A model generated the notes under the pieces. It searched no databases. It saw nothing but the letters and a program-made list of their open reading frames with translations, and was not told where the DNA came from. Below are positions 1 through 13,196 of a stretch of 64,000 bases of DNA, one piece after another; positions within the stretch are counted from its first letter, which is position 1, and every line of letters begins with the position of its first letter. Origin of the DNA: Propionibacteriaceae bacterium. GTDB lineage: Bacteria > Actinomycetota > Actinomycetes > Propionibacteriales > Propionibacteriaceae. A program made the translations under genes and the position numbers. The stretch lies in contig DATDBS010000075.1 of the NCBI GenBank assembly GCA_036524735.1, positions 9,884 through 73,883 on the forward strand, given 5' to 3'.

Positions 1-2262
1 GACCTGGTCGCCATCGAGCGACTCGACGTGGTCGACGGCCACGTCGCTCCACGCAGCGCGGACCCGGGACTTCCAGCCGGCCAGGGCGGCCGCACCACCC
101 TCGGCCTCGTCGACGGAGTGCGTCGAGGCTGCCGCCGGGGCGTACAGGGTGGTCACGTAGTCGCGCACCATCCGCGAGGCCAGCACCTTCGGAGCCAGGC
201 CGGCGATCGTGTCGCGGATCATCTGGATCCAGCGCTGCGGCAGGTCATCGCCGTCCACGTCGTAGAACCGAGGGACGATCTCGTTCTCGATGATGTCGTA
301 GAGGGCCTTGGCCTCCACGTCATCGCGGTGGTCCGGGTCGTCCATGCCCTCGGCGGACGGGATCTCCCAGCCGAAGGCCGGGTCGTACCACTCGTCCCAC
401 CACCCGTCGAGGATCGACAGGTTGGCCGCGCCGTTCAGGGCCGCCTTCATGCCGGAGGTGCCGCAAGCCTCGTACGGGCGCAGCGGGTTGTTCATCCAGA
501 CGTCGCAGCCGGGGTAGAGGGGCTTGGCCATCGAGATGTCGTAGTCGGGCAGGAAGACGATCCGCTCGCGCACCGCGGGGTCGTCGGCGAAGTTCACCAT
601 CTGCTGGATCAGAGCCTTGCCACCCTCGTCGGCCGGGTGCGACTTGCCGGCGATGACGATCTGGATGGGCCGCTTCTTGTCGGTGAGCAGCGCCTTGAGT
701 CGCTCGGGCTCGCGCAGCATGAGGGTCAACCGCTTGTACGACGGCACCCGGCGCGCGAACCCGAAGGTGACCACGTCGGGGTCGAGCACGCCGTTCACCC
801 ACTCGGTCGGCATGCCGCGGTTGTCGCTGCTCTCGACCAACCGCTTGCGGGTCATCACGATCAGGTCCTGACGCATCTTGCGCTTGAGCGCCCAGATGGT
901 GCTCGCGTCGACCTTGGTCAGCCCGTTCCAGTCGTAGCCGTCGATGACGGTGTCCGCTGGGCTGTCCTCGGTCGCCTCGAGCAGGTCGAGCAGGTCGCGG
1001 TGCACCCAGGTGAGGTGGTGCACGCCGTTGGTGATCGAGGTGATCGGGACCTCGGTGGTGTCGAACTGGTCCCACAGCCCCTGGAACATCTCGCGGGAGA
1101 CCTCGCCGTGCAGCAGCGACACCCCGTTGGCGCGTTGGCCCAGCCGGAAACCCATCACGGCCATGTTGAACTTGTCGGGATCGCCCCCGTCGTAGTTCTC
1201 GGCGCCGAGGGAGAGGATGCGGTCGATGGGGACCGGGCCGAACGACGCGAACTGGTCGCGCATCAGGTGGTGCGGGAACCGGTCGATGCCGGCCGGGACC
1301 GGGGTGTGGGTGGTGAAGACCGTGCCGGCGCGGTTGCGCTCGAGCGCGGCGTCGAAGTCGGCACCCTCGCTCATGAACTCGCGGATCCGCTCCAGCCCGA
1401 GGAAGCCGGCGTGGCCCTCGTTGGTGTGGAAGACCTCCGGAGCCGGGGCGCCGGTGATGGCGCAGTAGGCCCGGATGGCGCGTACGCCGCCGATCCCCAG
1501 CAGCACCTCCTGGGCGAGACGGTGGTCGGTGCCACCGCCGTACAGCCGGTCGGTGGTCTCGCGCTCCGGTCCGGCGTTCTGCTCCACGTCGGAGTCCATC
1601 AGCAGCAGCGGTACGCGGCCGACCTGCGCGAGCCAGACCTGTGCCCACAGCGTGCGGCCGGCCAGCGGCACCTCGATCTTCACCGGGCCATCGGCGTCGT
1701 GCAGCAACGTCAAGGGCAGTGCGTTCGGGTCGAGCAGCGGGTAACGCTCCTGCTGCCAGCCGGCCGCGTTCAGCGACTGGCGGAAGTAGCCCTGCCGGTA
1801 GAGCAGGCCGACCCCGATGATCGGTACGCCGAGGTCGCTGGCCGCCTTGAGGTGGTCGCCGGCGAGGATCCCGAGGCCGCCGGAGTACTGCGGCAGCACC
1901 TCGGTGATGCCGAACTCCGGCGAGAAGTAGCCGATGCCCTGGGGGGCGGCCGGGTTCTCGGTGGCGTACCCCTGGTACCAGAGGTCACCGCTCATGTAAT
2001 CGGCCAGGTCGTCCTGGATGATCTTCAGGTTCTTGAGGAACTTCTTGTCCGCCGACAGCTTCTGCAGCCGCTCCACGGACACGTCGGCCAGCAGCCGGAT
2101 GGCGTCACCACCGGTCGAGGCCCACAGAGCCGGGTCGACGGTACGGAACAGGTCCTGGGTGTCGGCGTGCCAACACCACCGGAGGTTGTTGGCGAGATCG
2201 CCGAGAGGCTTCAGGACCTCGGGCAGGACGGGTCGGACGGTGAATCGTCGGATAGCGCGCAC
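1..2262 (-). CDS. glgP: Alpha-glucan (glycogen) phosphorylase; the 3' end runs off the window
   Basis: Not in the ORF track (no stop inside the window). Manual translation from GTG 2262 gives MRAIRRFTVRPVLP...YFSPEFGITEVLPQYSGGLGILAGDHLKAASDL, plus NEGHAG and EACGTSGMKAALNG (PLP lysine). Divergent from glgE. Confidence 0.95.
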   Translation of the reverse strand, partial: MRAIRRFTVRPVLPEVLKPLGDLANNLRWCWHADTQDLFRTVDPALWASTGGDAIRLLADVSVERLQKLSADKKFLKNLKIIQDDLADYMSGDLWYQGYATENPAAPQGIGYFSPEFGITEVLPQYSGGLGILAGDHLKAASDLGVPIIGVGLLYRQGYFRQSLNAAGWQQERYPLLDPNALPLTLLHDADGPVKIEVPLAGRTLWAQVWLAQVGRVPLLLMDSDVEQNAGPERETTDRLYGGGTDHRLAQEVLLGIGGVRAIRAYCAITGAPAPEVFHTNEGHAGFLGLERIREFMSEGADFDAALERNRAGTVFTTHTPVPAGIDRFPHHLMRDQFASFGPVPIDRILSLGAENYDGGDPDKFNMAVMGFRLGQRANGVSLLHGEVSREMFQGLWDQFDTTEVPITSITNGVHHLTWVHRDLLDLLEATEDSPADTVIDGYDWNGLTKVDASTIWALKRKMRQDLIVMTRKRLVESSDNRGMPTEWVNGVLDPDVVTFGFARRVPSYKRLTLMLREPERLKALLTDKKRPIQIVIAGKSHPADEGGKALIQQMVNFADDPAVRERIVFLPDYDISMAKPLYPGCDVWMNNPLRPYEACGTSGMKAALNGAANLSILDGWWDEWYDPAFGWEIPSAEGMDDPDHRDDVEAKALYDIIENEIVPRFYDVDGDDLPQRWIQMIRDTIAGLAPKVLASRMVRDYVTTLYAPAAASTHSVDEAEGGAAALAGWKSRVRAAWSDVAVDHVESLDGDQV

Positions 2263-2415
2263 CGGAATAACCTAGCGGTCCCTCCTGGGTGTCGCACCGC
2301 TCCGCAACCAATTCCTCCGGCGCGTTGCAGCCACGTCCTACCGCACGAACCGATCGGCGATTCCTGGGACCCGACCCCGTGACGGGCGCGGAGCGGGGCC
2401 GATAGGTTAAGTCGC

Positions 2416-4500
<2,085 letters not shown>

Positions 4501-4544
4501 ATGGGACCGGACATGAACCCCGTTCATGGTCGGAGGTGGCATCG

Positions 4545-5966
4545 ATGAGCACGGTCGACGGCGACGTCGCCCAGCAGCTCACGGGCTACATCGCGGCGGC
4601 ACGCTGGTTCGGCGGCAAGGGTCGCCGGCTGGAGGTGCGCTCGGTCACGGCCCTGCCCTGGGTCAACGACCCCGCTGCCGACCCCGCCGTACGGTTCGAG
4701 GTCGCCGAGGTCGGCTACCCCGACGACGCGGGCTCCGGTTCGGAGTACTACCAGCTCGCAGTGGCCTACCGTCGCGAGGCGCAACCCGGTCTCGAGCACG
4801 CGCGGATCGGTCGGTTCGCCGACGGCGACCAAGGCTCCTGGACCGGCTACGACGCGCTGCAGGACCCTCAGGCGTGCTCGGTCATCCTGGCGGCGCTCGT
4901 GTCCGGGCAACGGCTGTCCGGTGAGCTCGGTGACGTACGTTTCGAGCTCAGCGCGGCCCAGGGCCTGACTGCTGATCTCGAGCCCAAGATCTTCACCGGC
5001 CAGCAGAGCAACACCTCGGTGATGTTCGGCGAGGTCTCGATGATCAAGTTCTTCCGCCGCCTCGAGCTCGGCCGCAACCTCGACATCGAGGTGCACGACG
5101 CGCTGAACCGGGCCGGTATCGAGGACGTGGCCGGCCTCTTCGGCTGGATCGAGGCGACCTGGACCGCTTCGGACGGTGCCAGCCTGACCGCCGATCTGGC
5201 CATGGCCGTGGAGAAGTTGGCGCAGGCCGAGGACGGCTGGGGCCTGGCCCTGGACTCGATCCGGGCCTCGACCCCGTTCGCCCCGCACGCTCGGGCGCTC
5301 GGGGCGGCCTTGGCCGAGACGCACCACGCCCTGCGCGCCTCCTTCGCCACCGCAGCGATCCCCGGGGGGCAGGTGGCGGCCATCATGACTGAGCGACTGC
5401 GCCGGGCCGCGTCGATCGCCACCGCACTCGAGCCCTACACGTACGGGCTGCAGGCCGGCTTCGCCGATCTGGAGCACGCCGAGTTGGTCACGCAGCGCGT
5501 GCACGGCGACTTCCACCTCGGTCAGACCCTGCACACCCCGACCGGCTGGAAGATCATCGACTTCGAGGGCGAGCCGGTGAAATCCCTCGCCGAACGGTCC
5601 GAGCCCGATAGTGTCCATCGCGACATCGCAGGGATGCTGCGCTCGTTCGACTACGCCGCCGCCAGCGTGCCGGGACCGGACAGCGCGCAGTGGGCTGCCG
5701 ACTGTCGTACGGCGTTCCTCGTCGGCTACGCCGGTGGGCCGCTCGCGGCCGACGACGCGGCCGTCCTGAGGGCGTACGAGGCGGACAAGGCGATCTACGA
5801 AGTGGTGTACGAGGTGCGCAACCGCCCGGACTGGGTGGGGATCCCACTGGGGGCGATCGCGGCACTCGCTGCGGTAGGTGAGGCGGGGCACAGCCCGGCC
5901 GACGACGACGTTTCAGGGGGGCCGGATACTCATCCGACCCTCGCGGAGAACCAGGTGAAGGAGTAG
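4545..5966 (+). CDS. mak: Maltokinase (Mak/Pep2)
   Basis: ARWFGGKG, QQSNTS, RVHGDFHLGQ, IIDFEGEP, RDIAGMLRSFDYA, DKAIYEVVYE. ATG 4545 follows GGAGG; the track start at 4389 is too early. Confidence 0.92.
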   Translation: MSTVDGDVAQQLTGYIAAARWFGGKGRRLEVRSVTALPWVNDPAADPAVRFEVAEVGYPDDAGSGSEYYQLAVAYRREAQPGLEHARIGRFADGDQGSWTGYDALQDPQACSVILAALVSGQRLSGELGDVRFELSAAQGLTADLEPKIFTGQQSNTSVMFGEVSMIKFFRRLELGRNLDIEVHDALNRAGIEDVAGLFGWIEATWTASDGASLTADLAMAVEKLAQAEDGWGLALDSIRASTPFAPHARALGAALAETHHALRASFATAAIPGGQVAAIMTERLRRAASIATALEPYTYGLQAGFADLEHAELVTQRVHGDFHLGQTLHTPTGWKIIDFEGEPVKSLAERSEPDSVHRDIAGMLRSFDYAAASVPGPDSAQWAADCRTAFLVGYAGGPLAADDAAVLRAYEADKAIYEVVYEVRNRPDWVGIPLGAIAALAAVGEAGHSPADDDVSGGPDTHPTLAENQVKE

Positions 5967-5969
5967 ACC

Positions 5970-8078
5970 ATGTCATTCGATCCGAGCGGTGGCTTGACCG
6001 GATGGGACCTCACCGGCTTCCACGAGGGCCACGACACCGAGTGCTGGAAGCGCCTCGGGGCGCAGGAGATGTCGATCACCGACGACGAGCGGGGTGAGAT
6101 CTTCGGCACCCGCTTCTCCGTCTGGGCACCGAACGCCCAGGCGGTCCGGCTGGTCGGTGACTTCAACTGGTGGAACGGCGAGAGCTCCTACATGCAGCTG
6201 GTCCCCGGGGCCGGCGTGTGGGCGCTGTTCGTCGAGGGGGCCAGTACCGGCAACCTCTACAAGTTCGAGGTGCTGGGCATCGACGGAGTCTGGCGGCTCA
6301 AGGCCGACCCGATGGCCCAGTTCTCCGAGGCCGCGCCGCACACCGCCTCCATCGTCTACAAGAGCCAGTACGTCTGGGGCGACTCCGACTGGATGTGGTA
6401 CCGCGGGCAGAAGCAGCAGCACGCCGAACCCATGAGCGTCTACGAGGTGCACATCGGGTCGTGGCGCAAGGGGCTCACCTACCTCGAGCTGGCCGACCAG
6501 CTCGTCGAGTACTGCTCGTGGCAGGGCTACACCCACGTCGAGTTCCTGCCCGTCGCGCAGCACCCGTTCGAGGGCTCGTGGGGCTACCACGTCACCGGTT
6601 ACTTCGCGCCGATGAGCAAGTTCGGGTCGCCGGACGAGTTCCGGCACCTCGTCGACAAGCTGCACCAGGCCGGCATCGGGGTGCTCGTGGACTGGGTCCC
6701 CGGACACTTCGCCACCGACCCGTGGGCCCTGCAGCGCTTCGACGGCACCGCCCTCTACGAGCACGAGGACCCGCGGCTGGGTTGGCACCCCGACTGGGGC
6801 TCCTACATCTTCAACTTCGGCCGCACCGAGGTGCAGAGCTTCCTCATCTCGAACGCCTACTACTGGCTGCACGAGTATCACATCGACGGATTGCGGGTGG
6901 ATGCCGTCGCGTCAATGCTCTACCTCGACTACTCGCGCGAAGCCGGACAGTGGGTGCCGAACAAGTTCGGCGGCAACCACAACCTCGAGGCCATCGACGT
7001 GCTGCAGAAGACGAACCAGCACGCGTACGCCCGCGAGCCCGGCACGATGATGATCGCGGAGGAGTCGACCTCCTACCCCGGCGTCACCCGGCCGGTCGAG
7101 TACGGCGGCCTGGGGTTCGGGTTCAAGTGGAACATGGGCTGGATGAACGACTCGCTGCGCTACCTCGGCCGCGAGCCCGTCTACCGCCAGTTCCACCACC
7201 ACGAGATGACGTTCGCGATGGCGTACGCCTATTCCGAGAACTTCATCCTGCCGATCAGCCACGACGAGGTCGTGCACGGGAAGGGCTCGATGTTCGAGCG
7301 GGTGCCGCAGGACGAGTGGCGCAAGTTCGGCACGCTGCGGGCCTTCTACTCCTTCATGTGGGCGCACCCGGGCAAGAAACTGTTGTTCATGGGCACCGAG
7401 TTCGGGCAGAGCCGGGAGTTCTCCGAGGAGCGGAGCATCGACTGGGGACAGAGCGCCGACTGGGGGCACCGTGGCGTCCAGCGCCTGGTGAAGGACCTCA
7501 ACACGGTCTACAAGGAAAACCCGGCGATGTGGAAGCTCGACACCGATGCGGCGGGTTTCTCCTGGATCAACGCCGACGACGCGGGCGGGAACGTCTTCTC
7601 GTTCCTGCGCTACGACGGCGAGGGCCAGATGATCGCCTGCCTGACCAACTTCTCCTCCGAACCACGTCCGGACTACCGCATCGGACTGCCGGCCGAGGGG
7701 GTCTGGAAGGAGATCTTCAACAGCGACGCCGATGTGTACGACGGCACCGGCCAGATCGGCAACCTCGGTCAGGTCACCGCCCAGGCCATCCCGTCCCACG
7801 GCTACATCGCTTCCGCCTCGGTGACCATCCCGCCGCTCGGCGCGGTCTGGCTCCGCTTCGAGCCGGCCGCGTTGACCGAGGAGCAGGCCGAGCCGGCCAA
7901 GGTGAAGAAGGGCGCACGGGCGGCAGCCAAGCAGGCTTCGCCGGCCCGCTCCAAGTCTGCGGACGAGCCGGTGCCGGCCGAGAAGCCGGCCGCCAAGACG
8001 TCAGCCGCCCCGAAGCCGGCCCCGGCCAAGGCTGCTTCCGCGAAGGGCGCGGGCAGTGAGGACACCGGGTCCAGCTAG
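5970..8078 (+). CDS. glgB: 1,4-alpha-glucan branching enzyme
   Basis: FSVWAPNA, YEVHIGSW, SWGY, DWVPGHF, GLRVDAVASMLYLDYSR, AEEST, KWNMGWMND, SHDEVVHGK. Carries an Ala/Lys/Pro-rich C-terminal tail. Confidence 0.97.
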   Translation: MSFDPSGGLTGWDLTGFHEGHDTECWKRLGAQEMSITDDERGEIFGTRFSVWAPNAQAVRLVGDFNWWNGESSYMQLVPGAGVWALFVEGASTGNLYKFEVLGIDGVWRLKADPMAQFSEAAPHTASIVYKSQYVWGDSDWMWYRGQKQQHAEPMSVYEVHIGSWRKGLTYLELADQLVEYCSWQGYTHVEFLPVAQHPFEGSWGYHVTGYFAPMSKFGSPDEFRHLVDKLHQAGIGVLVDWVPGHFATDPWALQRFDGTALYEHEDPRLGWHPDWGSYIFNFGRTEVQSFLISNAYYWLHEYHIDGLRVDAVASMLYLDYSREAGQWVPNKFGGNHNLEAIDVLQKTNQHAYAREPGTMMIAEESTSYPGVTRPVEYGGLGFGFKWNMGWMNDSLRYLGREPVYRQFHHHEMTFAMAYAYSENFILPISHDEVVHGKGSMFERVPQDEWRKFGTLRAFYSFMWAHPGKKLLFMGTEFGQSREFSEERSIDWGQSADWGHRGVQRLVKDLNTVYKENPAMWKLDTDAAGFSWINADDAGGNVFSFLRYDGEGQMIACLTNFSSEPRPDYRIGLPAEGVWKEIFNSDADVYDGTGQIGNLGQVTAQAIPSHGYIASASVTIPPLGAVWLRFEPAALTEEQAEPAKVKKGARAAAKQASPARSKSADEPVPAEKPAAKTSAAPKPAPAKAASAKGAGSEDTGSS

Positions 8079-8080
8079 CG

Positions 8081-8869
8081 GTGTCCGACTTCGACATCCG
8101 GGTCAACGTGGGTGAAGCGGGCACGGCCACCTTCAACTGGAGCGGGTCCATCAGTCCGGACTCACTGGCCCAGGCCGTCAGCGCGGCGGCCGACGACGCG
8201 CTGATCGGCCGAGCCCTGCGGCGGCTCGAGGTGTCGCTGCCCGTCTCCGACGTGTCCGCCCGCCGGGCGGTCACCCGGGCGGGGTTTCGGCTCGAAGGGA
8301 TGCGTCGGCAGGCGTTGGCCCTGGAGGACGGCACGTACGAGGACGTCTGCCTCTACGCGCGGCTGACCGCCGACCAGGTGCACGGCCCGAACGGCTTCTC
8401 CGGGGTGATGAACTCGGTGTTGCCCAAGAAGCGGCTGATCGCGCACGTCCGGATCACCGACGGGGCCGACCGGGTCCTGCTCTGCGAGACCCGCTTCAAG
8501 AAGGACTGGGAGCTGCCCGGCGGCATCGTCGAGCCGGGTGAACCACCCCGGCTGGGGGCGATCCGGGAGGTCGCCGAGGAACTCGGCCTCGAGCGTCCGA
8601 TGGGTCCGTTGCTGCTGGCGGACTGGATGCCGCCTTATCTGGGCTGGGACGACGCGATCGAGCTCATCTTCGACGGCGGCGTGATCGCTGAGGACGAGCT
8701 GGCCGGACTGACCCTGCAACCCAGCGAGATCCTCCAGGTCCGCCTCTGCACCCTGGCCGAAGCTGCCGCCCTGGTCACCCCGCTCGCCCACCGCCGGCTG
8801 ACGGTGGCCGCCGGGCTCGCGCCGGGCGCGATGGCCTACCTCGAGGACGGCGCCCCGCCCGCAGGCTGA
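8081..8869 (+). CDS. NUDIX hydrolase with an N-terminal partial RimJ-like GNAT segment
   Basis: Nudix box GGIVEPGEPPRLGAIREVAEELGL. N-terminal SARRAVTRAGFRLEGMRRQ resembles the C-terminal part of RimJ/RimL GNATs. Confidence 0.8.
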   Translation: MSDFDIRVNVGEAGTATFNWSGSISPDSLAQAVSAAADDALIGRALRRLEVSLPVSDVSARRAVTRAGFRLEGMRRQALALEDGTYEDVCLYARLTADQVHGPNGFSGVMNSVLPKKRLIAHVRITDGADRVLLCETRFKKDWELPGGIVEPGEPPRLGAIREVAEELGLERPMGPLLLADWMPPYLGWDDAIELIFDGGVIAEDELAGLTLQPSEILQVRLCTLAEAAALVTPLAHRRLTVAAGLAPGAMAYLEDGAPPAG

Positions 8870-8870
8870 C

Positions 8871-9479
8871 TCAGCGCTCGAACTCGAGCCGGATGTCGTC
8901 GAAGACCATCACCACCTTGTCGTTGCCGCAGGCCAACGTGGCCAGACCGTCGGGCGCCACGACGCTGCCGACCTCGGCCATGGTCAGGTCTCGTTCCTGG
9001 CCCCCCGCCGTGAGCCGCGCGGAGCCCTCGGCGTCACCGACGGTGAACGTGACCTGGGCACCGCTGCCGGTCCAGGTGCCCTTGATGGTCCCCTTGGGTT
9101 TCAGCTCGGCGGTCTGACCGGCCAGGGTCAACTTGATCGCTTCCTTGCCGGCCGCGGTCAACGTGTACGCATCGTCGTCGAACGCGACCTCGACGTCGCC
9201 CCCCTCGCCGGTGCCGTAGGTGGCCTTGTCACCCACCCCGACGAAGCGCGCGAGCCTGTACGTCCCCGTCAGGCAGTCGCTGGCCGGTGCCGTCGACGTA
9301 CCACTCGGAGCGGGCGTCGCTGGGCTCGAGGCTGGCGCGCTCGCGGCGGCGGAGGGACTCGAGGCGGCCGAGGGACCCGACGCTGACTCGGCCGGGGCGG
9401 GCGTCGAGCCACCCGAGCAGCCCGCTGCGGTCATGACCGCGGTGGCCACCACGGCGAGGACAGCCTTCTTCATGATCAA
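8871..9479 (-). CDS. Putative lipoprotein (paralog A)
   Basis: Lipobox AAGC after a hydrophobic signal; Ser/Ala/Pro linker; AGGAG RBS at 9480-9484 (start may be ATG 9473). Confidence 0.8.
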   Translation of the reverse strand: MIMKKAVLAVVATAVMTAAGCSGGSTPAPAESASGPSAASSPSAAASAPASSPATPAPSGTSTAPASDCLTGTYRLARFVGVGDKATYGTGEGGDVEVAFDDDAYTLTAAGKEAIKLTLAGQTAELKPKGTIKGTWTGSGAQVTFTVGDAEGSARLTAGGQERDLTMAEVGSVVAPDGLATLACGNDKVVMVFDDIRLEFER

Positions 9480-9488
9480 CTCCTGGGT

Positions 9489-9529
9489 CGGTGGAACCGC
9501 GCCAGCATAGACGGCGCGACGGTGGAACC
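9489..9529 (-). promoter_or_regulatory. TATGCT -10 element flanked by two 10-bp direct repeats (GGTTCCACCG)
   Basis: Plus-strand cggtggaacc at 9489-9498 and 9520-9529; agcata (TATGCT on minus) at 9504-9509, upstream of the lipoprotein A RBS. Confidence 0.4.
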
Positions 9530-9574
9530 CGGTGACGTCGGTGCGGTGGTGACGGTGCGGTGGTGACTGTGGGG

Positions 9575-10123
9575 TCAGATGCGTTCGAGGTCGAGGCGGC
9601 TGGAGGTGGACGTCATCGTGACGCCGGTGCCGGCGCAGGTCAGGGTGCCCGTGCCGTCGGGGGTCAACACGTTGGCCACGTCGGTCATCGGCAGGGTCCG
9701 GTGCAAGATGCCGGCGGAGACCTTGGCCTCGCCCTCGGTACCGGTCACGGCGTACGAGCCGCCGGCGTCGGTGGTCGTGTAGGTGCCGCGGATCGAGCCG
9801 GTGACCACGAGGTCGACCTGTTGGCTCCCCACGGTGACCTTGACCGGGCTCTGTCCGCCGCCGTTCAGGGTGAACCCGCCGGCACCGAGGACGGCGGTCA
9901 GATCTCCGCCCTCACCGCTACCGCCCTGGCTGGTCAAACCGACGAACCGGACCACGCGGTAACTGCCGGACAGGCAGTCGACGACCTCCGGCGTGGGGGT
10001 CGGCGTCGGCGTCTCCACCCCGGGGGTCGTCGCACCCTCGTCGGCCGGATCCGGCTCGCCACCGGAGCACCCGACCAGACCCATCAGCACCAGGGTCAGG
10101 CCGGCCAGCACCTTGCGCGACAT
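9575..10123 (-). CDS. Putative lipoprotein (paralog B)
   Basis: Lipobox LVGC, TP-repeat linker; shares DCL[ST]G[ST]YRxxRFVG...GEGGD with paralog A. Confidence 0.8.
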   Translation of the reverse strand: MSRKVLAGLTLVLMGLVGCSGGEPDPADEGATTPGVETPTPTPTPEVVDCLSGSYRVVRFVGLTSQGGSGEGGDLTAVLGAGGFTLNGGGQSPVKVTVGSQQVDLVVTGSIRGTYTTTDAGGSYAVTGTEGEAKVSAGILHRTLPMTDVANVLTPDGTGTLTCAGTGVTMTSTSSRLDLERI

Positions 10124-10137
10124 GACGGGATCCCGGC

Positions 10138-11067
10138 TCAGAAGAGAGCGGTCATCAGGTTGCGCCGGGCCTTGAGCACCCGGGGGTCGACGTTGCCGAG
10201 CGTCTCGAACAGCTCGAGCAGGCGTACGCGCGCCTCACCCCGCTCGTCGCCGGCGGTCCGCTTGATGACCGCGATCAGCCGAGCGAACGCCTCCTCCGCC
10301 TGACCCATGATCATCTCCACGTCGGCGGCCGCGAGCTGGGTCGCGAGTGAGGTGTCCTGCGCCGCCGCGGTCAGCACGGCCTGAGGGTCAGACGTCGCGG
10401 CCCGGGAGAACAGGCCGGCCTGGGCCTTGCCGGCGAGAGCCTCGGCGTCGGCCGGATTCGCCTTGAGCAGCAGGTCGAACTCGTCCCGGGCCGCAGCGAA
10501 GTCGCCGCGTTCCAAGGCCGCGTCGGCGGCGGCGAACCGCGGATCGGGCGCGTCCTCCTCCACCTCGGCGTCGGCCGGGGCAGCGCCACCGACGGGCTCG
10601 GCCCGACCCACCAGTCCGTTGGCCACAGCTGCGGTGAGCAGCTGGTCGATGGCGGCCTGGACCTGGTCCTTGGGCAGCACGCCCTGGAACAACGGCGCGG
10701 CCTGGCCGGCGATCAAGGCGATGACGGTGGGTACGGCCTGCAGCTGCAGGGCCTGCACGATGCCCGGGGCGGTGTCGACGTTGAGCCGGGCGAGCAGGAA
10801 CTTGCCGTCGCTGGCGTTGGCGATCTCGGCCAGCGCGTCGGAGAGCTGCTGACCGGTGGCGACCCGCGGGGAGTAGAGCTCCAGGACAACCGGGTGCTTG
10901 ACCGACTTCCGGATGGTCTCGACCTCGAAGGTCTCCTCGGTCACCTCGATCACGTACGCACCGCCGGAGCGTCCTCGAGACGGGCTGGGCGTGGCCGCCT
11001 GCTGGGCCTTCTGCTTGAGCTGGGACAGGTCGATCGCCCCGGGGCGGTTGAAGCTAGACGAACTCAT
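10138..11067 (-). CDS. YbbN/CnoX-like thioredoxin-TPR chaperedoxin (no CxxC)
   Basis: RPGAIDLSQL, Trx-like PVVLELYSPR...LQAVPTV, C-terminal ARVRLLELF...ARRNLMTALF. Start chosen at ATG 11067, 7 nt after CAGGAT. Confidence 0.85.
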   Translation of the reverse strand: MSSSSFNRPGAIDLSQLKQKAQQAATPSPSRGRSGGAYVIEVTEETFEVETIRKSVKHPVVLELYSPRVATGQQLSDALAEIANASDGKFLLARLNVDTAPGIVQALQLQAVPTVIALIAGQAAPLFQGVLPKDQVQAAIDQLLTAAVANGLVGRAEPVGGAAPADAEVEEDAPDPRFAAADAALERGDFAAARDEFDLLLKANPADAEALAGKAQAGLFSRAATSDPQAVLTAAAQDTSLATQLAAADVEMIMGQAEEAFARLIAVIKRTAGDERGEARVRLLELFETLGNVDPRVLKARRNLMTALF

Positions 11068-11174
11068 GGGGGCCATCCTGTCAAAGGGCCCCCAGTCCGG
11101 GGTAACGACCGACGGATGCTGAGAACCGGGGACGGGTCTGTCCGCGCCGGACCGGCATGGGCAGAATGTGACCC

Positions 11175-12815
<1,641 letters not shown>

Positions 12816-12837
12816 CCGACCGGGTACGCATTCAGCC

Positions 12838-13124
12838 GGCGCGGAGAACGGGAAGCCCTTCGGGCGCTTCGACAAGCTCAGCCCACGTTCTCCGCGCCCG
12901 CCGTACCCGCCCGAGCCTGTGGAACGCGGTTCCGCGGCCCGCCACACGCGCCCTGAGCCCGTCGACGCGTCCCTGCCGTACGCGCCCTGAGCCTGTCGAA
13001 GGCCTTGCCTGCCCGGACGCGCCCTGAGCCTGTCGAAGGCCTTGCCTGCCCGGACGCGCCCTGAGCCTGTCGAAGGCCTTGCCTGCCCGGACGCGCCCTG
13101 AGCCTGTCGAAGGCCCCGAAGGGG
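12838..13124. repeat. REP/REPIN-like element: three exact 37-bp tandem units plus a partial unit, degenerate copies and an inverted copy
   Basis: Unit acgcgccctgagcctgtcgaaggccttgcctgcccgg starts at 12980, 13017 and 13054, partial at 13091. Degenerate cores at about 12910 and 12946. Inverted core cttcgacaagctcag at 12867-12881 lies inside the hairpin ggcgcggagaacg...cgttctccgcgcc. Confidence 0.9.
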
Positions 13125-13196
13125 TTGCGCCTCCCTCCCGACCACCTCGGTCCAGATCGGGCTCGGCGGGCCACCACCGCGACCTAGGCTGACCCC

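Noticed and set aside
28-2382. 784-aa plus-strand ORF
   Set aside because: Antisense shadow of glgP, whose motifs are clear on the minus strand; no motifs of its own.
6170-8059. 629-aa Arg-rich ORF and similar alternate-frame or antisense ORFs (e.g. 29093..31318, 54941..56677)
   Set aside because: Each overlaps a well-supported gene and has Arg/Pro/Gly- or Val/His-biased composition with no motifs.
12980-13115. 37-bp repeats as a CRISPR array
   Set aside because: Units are contiguous and identical with no unique spacers; no cas genes.
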